A DNA stretch of 61,637 bases, filler included, from Sluysia triapertura (taxonomy: Eukaryota), in assembly GCA_046118255.1 (NCBI GenBank). It is 5 parts of 5 records of this genome, joined end to end, with 100 filler letters (N's around TTAATTAATTAA, not from the genome) between each part and the next. Parts side by side here need not be neighbours in the genome. Positions count along the whole stretch, not along the records: positions 49,351 to 61,637 come from JBJNIA010123192.1; 4 more parts are not named here. One strand, 5' to 3'. Every line of letters starts with the position of its first letter. Within the stretch, counting starts at the first letter, position 1. The translations under genes and the position numbers were made by a program. Positions 51,738 to 61,637 of the stretch are shown here, one piece after another. The notes below the pieces were generated by a model. The model saw only the letters and a program-made list of their open reading frames with translations. It ran no database searches and was not told the DNA's origin.

Positions 51738-52100
51738 CTAGTTATACCCGTTGCTGTGTTAAAAATCTGAACAAAAAGGCAGTTTTAATACATCAAACAT
51801 AATTTATTAATGATCAAATGTATACAATACATCAAAATGAAAATTAACAATAAAATTTTCCCTACATATATGTCATTTGAATATAACATATGTACAAAAC
51901 ATAGATATTCATAGTTACGTTGGTTGCACCTAGACCCCAACTCTGATTAAAAAAAATTTTCAAAAACCTTCCCGGTATATATCTAATAATTTCCCAAGTT
52001 TTCACGACAATTGGATGTACGGTTTTTGAATCCATCGAATAAAGACAGACAAATACAAATATATATATTTGTATTTTATTTTATATTTTATTTATATTTT
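51738..52100 (+). mobile_element. Helitron/Helentron-type non-autonomous repeat (DINE-1/Lep1-like layout)
   Basis: Starts actagttatacccg and ends with aagttttcac..aattgg....cggttt...acagacaaatacaaa plus an AT-rich tail, a layout typical of rolling-circle non-autonomous elements. Confidence 0.45.
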
Positions 52101-55100
52101 ATTTTATATTTTATTTTATCCATGGATATTGTATTTACTACTGAATCCGCCGATCACACTAAATTAGCCAAATTATTCTTTCAGTAACTTACTCGAATTA
52201 AACACCAAATTACTCTAACAATGTATATGAACCAAATACCAACTTACTCCAATGATTTATTCGAACCACACTTGTCCAAATTGTGTCTGACTTGGTAAAA
52301 ATGCATCTTTTGTGAGCGCTACATTCTAACCCAAAATATATTTAATTTTCTTTTATGATAATCACTTTGTTTCTATAATTAATAGCGTTATTTAGCCAAA
52401 TATACTTTCAATTTTATTCCATATATTTTTTTCTCTTATTTCGTAAATTTCTTTTGTGTAATAATTACGTTTTATATTTTCTATAATAAATTTAATAAAA
52501 TAAATAAATATATACTGATAATGCATTGTACGAATTGAAAATTGCCTTATATTAAAAATTAAGTATGTATTGGTGAAATATTTTAATCATAAAGTGCAAA
52601 GTCCAAATTTTATTGTGTAAGTGTTTTAATTACACAACAATCACTATAACGATGCAATATAAAAAGAAAATTAAATAAAAATATATTCGGTGTAAAGTAT
52701 GTTTACTAAATGCAGATTACTGAAAAGAAAATCTAATCTCAAACTTATATCATTATTGATTTGATTTGTTAATCATTGGGATTAATAACAGAAATGATTG
52801 TTTTTCGAGTAATTTGATAACTGAAAATTCGATGTAACTGATGTGTATGTAATCGATCTACCAGATATGTACATTCTTTTGTATTAATCTTAATTAAGTA
52901 ATTAATTAAATAATGGTATTCGTCGAATTGATATAGATTCCAAATACTGCACAATTTTATTTTGTCGTAGGTTAAGAGTTAAAATAGCTACATAAAAATT
53001 TGGACCGTATAAAGAGATCTTTATTCAATGAATTACTTAAGCTCAGTAATTACTTCAAAGTAATTTGATTCCTACTTTGATGCAAAACGTAAAGTTTTCT
53101 AAGTTAAACTATATTTTAAAAATATAAGCTACATTCATTATTAAATTTTGTAAGTAGAATTGTATTCTAATGTTATTAGATTGTGAACTTTTGAGAAATT
53201 TAATTTATAAGTTTAAGTTACATTAAATTATTTGATTAAGTTTAAGTTAAACTGATATTTATTTTAATTATTTGTAACGATATAAGCCTTAATAAGTTTA
53301 TATTTTCAATCCCCATAAGTGTTGGTTATGTTGGATGATATGATAAATTATTTTTTACGATTTTATATACTGTGACAATTTATGGAAAATAAAGATTTAA
53401 TTTTACTTTTATTTTTTGTGTTTATATACTTGAGTCCTCTATGACAACCGGACTTACACACTCAAGGGCTGATGTATAGATATCAGCGTTAAAGAAAGTA
53501 GAAGTACTGGAGGTTAAAGATAATATTGTCAATGATGTTTTCGCTAATATCAGTGAAGTTGTATTTGTAAATAATTTAGATCTTTTATCAATAAATTTGA
53601 ATTTAATATCAAAATTCAGGTATTTATTATGTGTGATGAAGTTTAAAATTTGTTAAATCTTTTTAAGTTATCAGCACCGGTATTAAGATTTATTCGTTTG
53701 ACTATATTGGAATTAATTTTGAAAGAAAGAAAAATTCGTTAAAATTTCTTTAATCAATTTATCGTGTTTCTGCTAAAATTTATTTGAAAATGTTATTATT
53801 AGTAGTTGGATCCCTCAAAGTATACCAACTGAAATAAATATCGCATATTGAATAATCATTTAATTATTACAAAAGTCTGTGTAAAAATGTTTAAAGCAAA
53901 ATTGCAAAATAATTAAGTACAATAACTTGGTTATTAATAAATTACAAAATTTTGAACAATGATGTCACAATATGTACTCAAAATTATGTATCAAATTTTT
54001 TCTTTGTACAAAAAAATTCCAATATAAATTTCAAATAATATAATGTTTACGCAATATATTTTAGTAATATTGAACTTTTCCTTATGATAATCAATAATAA
54101 TTAAAAATATTAATTCTTTAAGATTAATATTTTTGCTCAATAAAAATTTATTATTTTTTATGGTTATTAGGTTAAAATTTACAAAATCTTTGTTAATAAA
54201 TTTAGTGGTAATTTATATTCTTTTAAAATGAAAAATCTCAATGAATTAACTAAACTAACGATTTATAGAAAATTTTAATTCTGTTAATTCTTCTTTTTTC
54301 AAATTGTCGGATCCCAATGTAATTTTAAGTTGTTGAGCAGAATATTGAATTAAATACAAACCGAATAATTTTTATGTAACAGTAATTTATAATGTTCGAG
54401 TAACTTTAAACATTAACAGCTAGTCAATTACAACTTTTGTGCTACTTAAAATTGTCTTCAAAAATTAACTAATAATAATTTTAAAAAATGTTTTTCAAAA
54501 GTAATAGTTCAGCTATATGTACGCTATTTAACTTTTCAGACCTTTACTACACAATTGTTGTACTTTTTAGCTGATGGAATTGTAAAACTCTATAAATAAA
54601 CAATAACTCTGTAAATAAAATCTTGATTGTTTAATTATTGTTGTTATGTTATCAATGCACATTCTTATTCAAAGCATTATTATTTTGAATTTAAAAAAAC
54701 ATTTTATTATTATTTTGAATTTAAAAATCATTTTATTATTCTTTTGATTTTTATTATTTCGATTTGGAAAATAATATTAATATTTGTTAATTTAAAAGTA
54801 AGACTTTATATTTATTTAATTATTTAACATTTGTCTAATTATTTAAATTTGTAAATTATTAAAATTATTTAATAAAATACGTGATTTTCAAATAAATAAA
54901 CTTTTAATCATTATTTTAAATATTTTAATTTTATTCTGTTTGTTTTAGTCTGACCAAGGTCAAACTAAAACAACAACTATATATACAACATAATATTTCA
55001 TAAACTTTCACAACAACAACAAAATCGCAACAAAAATTACTTAACCATTATTTTTTATAATTTTTCATCCAAGCTTCGACACAGATTCTTTCAAAGACTT

Positions 55101-55607
55101 TTTATTTATTTGAAAATCACGTTAGTTGAATTATTGTAAGTCAAGATATCGTTAAGATATCGAAAGTAAAAAACACGTAAAATAATAATAATAATTGGGA
55201 TCCTATAGACGATCCAAGGTAAAAAATGTTTTTTAAATCTTGAATTTATTTATAAAAACTTATTAAGAAAAATTAGTTTTAGGTAAAATCTTTATTTGTT
55301 TTATTCTATTTTTACATTGCTCATCTATTTATAGTGTTGTATTATATTGATAATAAATTTTTCGAATTATACTTGAATTATAGTTTCAAAATCAAAAATT
55401 TAATCGTTTGATAGCTTTCTTCAGACTAGAAGTTAATTCTAGGACGCAAAATATATTTTGTCGATTCCATATAACTGAATCTACGTAACATTGTAACTTA
55501 TTTTTAAATAATTAATTTTTCTAGTTAAATTTGACATCACTAGCAAAGTTTATCTCCAGGTAGTGTTAGATATCAAAACTCCATTACTGTATTTTTAATC
55601 TTTATTA

Positions 55608-55680
55608 ATCAAATCCAACGCCTGGCCCTAACTGGTAAGCCCAGTACGAAATCTTTGCACCTACTTATTTTATTCTAACT
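55608..55680 (+). repeat. dispersed hairpin repeat, third copy
   Basis: aaatccaacgcctggccctaactggtaagcccagtacg; see 39905-39972. Confidence 0.75.
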
Positions 55681-56748
55681 TCACAGAATTGATTTGATAG
55701 GTTAACTAACACAAATCAAAAAAACATATATGTACTTCTTTTTTCTATAAAATATAAATTTCAAAGTTATAGTAAAGTATACATAAGAAAATATTCTTTA
55801 AATATGAAAAGTCTAATTTTAAATAATTATTTTAAACCAATAATTTGAAAGTTTATATCAACAAAATATAACAAATCACTCTTCAGAATATTTCATAATT
55901 GTTATTACCTTCAAACATTTTATATATAAAATTTCATAACATCAAAATTATATTTAGCATTGAAAATCATCAATGATATACTTAAAATAATTAATTTAAA
56001 ACATTTCAAATTTATTTCAACATATCGCACATATAACCATAGTCCACAACATTTTACCTAATTCCATCAAAATCTTTTTCATATTTCATTCCTTCAGATC
56101 CACTAAAACTATTCTCATTTCAAAACATTTTAAATTTACAATTTTACAATACCAATATCACATTTACATTCAAAACCATTAACGTACATTAAAATTTATT
56201 CAAAACATTTTAATTCACAATTTCATAACATCAGAATCACAATTACATCTTAAACCATCGATCACACATCTTCAAATCAATCTAAAATATTTCAAGTTTA
56301 TAATCCTTAGCATTCAATCTCTAATATCACCGAAAAACATCTAATTAACATTTTGAAACCATTTTAGACATTACAATCAAAATAACATTTACACTTGTAG
56401 TTAAAAGAAATAATGTGTTAAGAATGAGAAAATTATTTAAAGACAGATTTTGTTGAAAAGACAAGGAATTTATGTTTTTATTTTTTGTAATTATTATTAT
56501 TATTTCATTTTATTTATTTATTTTATTATTGTTAATATTTTGATCATTATTATTATTCTTCATTATTAAGACCATTTTTCTAAAAGAATCATGTCAAAAT
56601 AATAAATTATCCTTTACCGACATTTTATCAACAGACACTCAATTATATAACATGAGTTAATCAATCAAGTTTAGAATTCTGCACAACACTATATTTATTT
56701 TGTTATTTGGTATTTCATTTCTTTCACATAAATAATTTAAAAGTTTTC

Positions 56749-56896
56749 GATTGGATACATCAGGGCACAAGTTGGTACGACAACTATGCTTGAACTTAAA
56801 CCATTTCATAATTATAATGTGATTTGTATATTAGCGATTTTATCTTGTTTATCTACTTTATTCAGTGGACTTAATCTTGACTTAATGTCATTTTGA
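56749..56896 (+). pseudogene. CNNM: CNNM/unextended (DUF21) metal transporter gene fragment
   Basis: WIHQG..(frameshift)..VICILAILSCLSTLFSGLNLDLMSF* compared with the CNNM motif HQG...LxLSxLFSGLNLGLMxxD. It has a frameshift, an immediate stop and no continuation. Confidence 0.65.
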
Positions 56897-57256
56897 AATT
56901 TTTTTAATGACTGTAGCTTCAAAGTGAAATATTGTAATGATATCATGTTATCACGTGCTTCATGAAAAGACACAAAATAATTTAAAACAAATCATTCATT
57001 AAATTTTATTAAATATTAATTATTATACATCAAAATATTCATTATTTGCATTTGTAAAAAATTATATTTTAACAATATTTAAAATATTTTACTTAAAATA
57101 ATGTAATTAATTTTATAAAATTGATAATTAGTAATTTTCTTTTAATTTTACAAGACATTATATTGAATTAATGTGCAAGTAAAACTTTATTAATTATTTT
57201 AAAAAACTATTTTTGTTTATTTATTAAATATAAGTGGTAATATTAATTATTTCGGA

Positions 57257-57750
57257 ATGTTGACAATATTATTCACCCATTTATATTGGAAGTATTACAA
57301 CACAACATTTTTCATACGCTTTTCATTTGTTCTTATTATTGCATGCATCTTCTGTGTTATATTATTTAAAGAAATTGAGCAATTTGTCAATTTTATGTAT
57401 CGTGATCTTAATAGTAATCAGTACTTTAATTTTTATGATAACTTATCTTGATATTATTTCCTTTATTATTGCTTTTTCCATTTTGTATAACAGCATTACT
57501 CAATTGTTTTTCTTTTAACTTATTAGTGATTACTAATGAACGATTTCTATTAGATGAAGATTTATCAATTAGAATATTAAAAATCAAATGCATAAAAGAT
57601 TTTGAAGCACTTTTGCGGTTTTCGCTGTATTACATTGGCTATCAATTTTAATAACTGATTTTAATTTTAAAGAATTGTATACTGAGTTAATTATAGTAAT
57701 GATACCAGTTGGATTTATTTAATAACTTATCAACTATGTTAACTATTTAT
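57257..57750 (+). pseudogene. frameshifted multi-pass membrane protein fragment, possibly TRP-channel S1-S3
   Basis: Overlapping hydrophobic ORFs 57257, 57327 and 57448 join by frameshift into ILFKEIEQF....QYFNFYDN(Y)LDIISFII, resembling TRP ExxQ...YF...N..D. Confidence 0.3.
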
Positions 57751-60255
57751 TTATCAAAGAATTATACTGACTTTCGAACAAATATTTTTAGAAGTATATC
57801 TTTGTTTTTTACATTATTTTATTAGTTAATAAAAGTCTTTGTTCCTGTGGTCGTTCAACTCATTCATTTAAAATTTTTCTCCACACAAAACATCAAACAC
57901 CTATACAACCACATAACAGTTAAACAACAAAATATATTTAAATCTTCATAATTTCAAATGCAGACTAAAAATTTCTGAAATTTCTGTAAAAACAATGTCA
58001 TCCTTTCTTAATTCTCTACCATAACTCTTTTCCTAACTTTCACTTCTTTCTAACCTTCTATCTTATTTGCTTTCCTAACTTACATTTACATGTTCAATAA
58101 CTGTTAGACATTACACACAATTCCATATTTCTCTACACTAAACATGGTTTTGTCTAAGTATTACCAAGAACTGTAATCTATAATAGATTATTATAAATCC
58201 GTAGATGAGTTCTCTTCAGATTATACAAATGAAAAAAAGTGCTTTGAAAGGTACATTTGGCAAGTGAATCATGCAAGTCCAGAAACTCGTAACAAACCCG
58301 ATGAAATTAAGCAATGCGAAATAGATAAACTGAATACCGTATTTTCTTGCTATAGCCCGCGGGCTATACATTGAAAAAAATGTATTTTTGTGGTGCGGAT
58401 TATAAATCAATAGTTTAGAAATTTATTTTATTGATCCTAAAGAAATATTGATTTTCAAATGAATCTAATGTTGTCAACAACAAAAACCAATATAATTTAA
58501 AAAGAAACATTTAAATTGTATTAAATTTATATTTATTTGGTGATATCCAAAATTTTTGTATTCAAAAATATTTAAACCAGATATATATGGTTTATTTATT
58601 ATTTATTTATTATATATGTCTGCGAGTTAAATTAAAAAAAGTTGATTTTTATAATGCGGGATATATATATATATATAAAGTGCGGATTATACACAAGAAA
58701 ATACGATAGATTAGCTGGTGCTATGAAATTTTTATCAGGTGCCGAAGATGATTCTCTTGATAATGACATTTATAAAGAACGAAATCATATTCATATTTCA
58801 TCATTTACAATTGAAGATTTGTGATTTTTGATTAAAAAATGTAGAAAAGATCTGCCAGAAGTAGATAAAATTCAAGAACAGGAATATCAAAGACATAAAT
58901 GTGAAAAGCGTTGAAAGTTCGACATAAGATCCTGTAAATAGTCAAGAAATGGAGGACAGTTATTATGGATACAGAAAAAGTGTGTTTCGAAAGAAAAAGA
59001 AAACATTATATAAGATATTTTTAAACCAACGAAAACATTAAAACAAGTGACAAATATCATATAAAAACTAAAGGCGATGATAATGAAAAATCAGAGATAG
59101 TAAATATAGATAGTAAAAAAATATAGATAGTAAATATAGATTAAAGAAGATAGTAAGTCGAAAAGCACTGTTTATAAAAGGGATATGCTGCATTAATAAA
59201 ATCATTTTAAAAAATGAATATCTTCATTTGCCATAAAAATTAAAATTTTTATGTGTGACAACGTAGAAAGTTGTTTTTTAATTCAATATAAATATAATAC
59301 TAAAATTAGTGGATACAAAAATTAAATTTTATTATCAGATAACATTCCAACATTCCATGAACGATGAATTTAAGATTAAACAATGTTAAATTACATGATT
59401 TTATGATCCTATTATTGCTAGATATTGTTAAACATTCAGAAAAGATCATAATTCCAGCTTCAATCTAATTATAAAGCAAAGATGAATTTAAAATTAGACA
59501 ATCTTAAAATACTTGATTTTATAATCATAGTACGGCTTGATATTAAGAAGACAAACGAAGTCAAACTATTGTATTAATGCAATGGGATGACGACTTTCAA
59601 GTTGAATAATGAAGTTAGAAGTTGTTCTATTGCTCAAGTACATCAAGTACTAGTGATAATTCAATTTTCCTTTTCATTTCATTTTGTGTTGCCATCTTTA
59701 TGAGTTATTCATTCTACATAAATTGTTTATTTCTAATATATGTTTCGTTGTTATTCACTTTTATTACTCTAATCGCAGTATAATCAATGTTAATACTTTT
59801 AAAACGAATATTTTTTAATCATAATTAACATTTTTATAACAAATATTATCTAATAATAATGAACTTCATAACTGTAAAGTTCCAATAAATTTTACGACTT
59901 TTGTCAAAGGCATTAAGTCTAATTTAAATGTTCTTAAAGTTATTTTTAAGTTAAATGCTTATGATGATAAAAATTTCTCATAAGTTTAATGTTTTCAATT
60001 TGCAAAAAAAGATGATAAAATTTCTTTATATAAATAAAATCTTAAAACGTATAAAGCCCTCCACTATTATTATTATATTTTATGTAATTAATGATATATG
60101 TAATTAATATATAATGCATTTAATATATCATTCAAACTCAAAAAATATTAATAAGAAAATAATTATTTTAAAAAATCAATAATTAAAATAAATTAAAACT
60201 TACTTAATGAACAGTTTTACGATATCAACTAGTTTTCATTTATCCTCACATTAAG

Positions 60256-60546
60256 AATCATGCGTTGAAACAGATATTGACATTACCGAAATTTTAATCC
60301 AATCATTTACGCATGAAAGCAAATTACCAAATAATGATAATACCGATCAAACATATTATGGAAATAAATGTAAAATGTACAACATGATTCCATTTAATAA
60401 ATACATCCGTTACATTTTATTCGATAGATCAACATTACCTCATTACACAATTCGTGAAATTGATACTAGAATATTGTCAGAACGTTTAATGCATAATAAA
60501 CCATTAACAAAAATTATTTTAACTTATAAGTTTCTAGGTGACATTG
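60256..60546 (+). CDS. probable exon of an unidentified gene
   Basis: About 97 open codons (SCVETDIDITEILIQSF...YKFLGDI) between taag and gtataa, including ORF 60375. No family recognised. Confidence 0.35.
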
Positions 60547-61561
60547 GTATAATTTTGTTTTTATCAATGCTACGTTTTATTAATATATAAAAGAATTAAA
60601 TTTGACTTATAATCGATTAACTCCTATATGTTCTTAAAATCTTAGTGAAATATTATCGAATTGCACAATTGTAATAAAAATAAAGTTAAGTCATAATCTT
60701 TTCAAAGATAACGCTTCAATAGCATTGTGTTACTTAGTGGCTACATCAATTAATTTACAATATTTATGCCCTGTCTCATATTAATTTAGGTAGTTATTTT
60801 TTTGGTAAAGTTTTACTTTGGTAAAGTATTGAATTTTCAAATTTAAGTCTTAATAATCTTGGTACATTGGATCTAAAAATTATGAGTAAATTCATCACAG
60901 GTTTATGTCATAATACTTCATTAGATTTATCTTTAATTCATTCTATAATAAAATGACTTTATATAACTTCAATAAAGTATTAAAAATAAATGAAACTTTA
61001 GAGGAATTAATTTTGGTTAATGATTATATCTATACTGAACAACTACATCAATGTCAAATAAAAAAATTTTACGATTAGGTTTAAAACCAATTTTAACAGC
61101 TGTTATTTATTAAGTCATTAATTTTTGCTTGAATATAAAAGCCAACCATTTAAAATTTCGATTTTTGAAATTGTAAAAGTAAATGATGATTTTAAAGTTT
61201 TAGTGAAAAGATTGGTGGAACTTATTCCAGATTTAATAATACTAACTGGTGTTAGATTAATCGAAATAGTAACTTCATATATTATCCATAATATCGATTA
61301 AGTTTATTGGTCAGGAAATTTGATGTGAAAATAACATATTTTTGTGCAGAATATATTAATAATGAAGATGAAAAACATTTTAACAACTCTTTTTTATTCG
61401 GGTATTGTCAAAAGTACAATTGATGATTTGTCAGAGAATCAAACTGCATAGCTGTGAGGTAAGAGAGCCTCAATTGATCAATCAATTTAATGAAGTCTCA
61501 CATCTACCAAAAAAACATTATAATAATAAGTTTAACCATTTACTCAAAATAATAAGCTCTT

Positions 61562-61637
61562 TTAACCTTTGTCCGTCAACCGAATGTAATTGTGACGTTT
61601 TAGTCAACCTGGGGGGTAATTTTACCCCCCAGAATTT
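61562..61637. mobile_element. piggyBac-type terminus at window end
   Basis: TTAA|cctttg... followed by the perfect subterminal palindrome ctggggggtaa-t-ttaccccccag-like hairpin (61609-61632). Confidence 0.55.

Noticed and set aside
49600-53650. Scattered exon-like segments with GT/AG boundaries on both strands
   Set aside because: Could not be assembled into a consistent reading frame or assigned to a family.

Overview
Very AT-rich metazoan nuclear DNA. The window is five unrelated contigs joined by artificial 100-nt linkers (N44-TTAATTAATTAA-N44 at 10852, 23362, 35894 and 49251). Host genes, reconstructed by hand from GT-AG boundaries: the last two exons of an SLC37A sugar-phosphate exchanger; eight exons of a GGA clathrin adaptor (VHS+GAT); three exons of an EGFR/ErbB-type receptor tyrosine kinase; an intronless holocytochrome c synthase (HCCS); and a decayed CNNM fragment. 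Introns are either tiny (32-41 nt) or multi-kb and filled with transposons, which fits a compact parasite-type animal genome (an orthonectid is one possibility, by inference only). Most of the remaining DNA is transposon debris: piggyBac remnants and MITEs, hAT MITEs, a Tc1/IS630 fragment, a Helentron-like repeat and a NeSL/Utopia-type REL non-LTR retrotransposon. The most interesting object is a decayed Ty3/gypsy-like element at about 45.3-49.1 kb. Its order is: PBS-like site, gag with zinc knuckle, protease stub, no RT/IN, ubiquitin-like ORF, unknown ORF, Bcl-2-like (BH2) segment, chuvirus-type fusion glycoprotein. It is a candidate enveloped retroelement with virus-style accessory genes. 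Also notable are a four-copy array of covarying hairpins with unique spacers at 10.5 kb and a related dispersed hairpin family. All homology calls come from motif recognition by eye, not from database searches.
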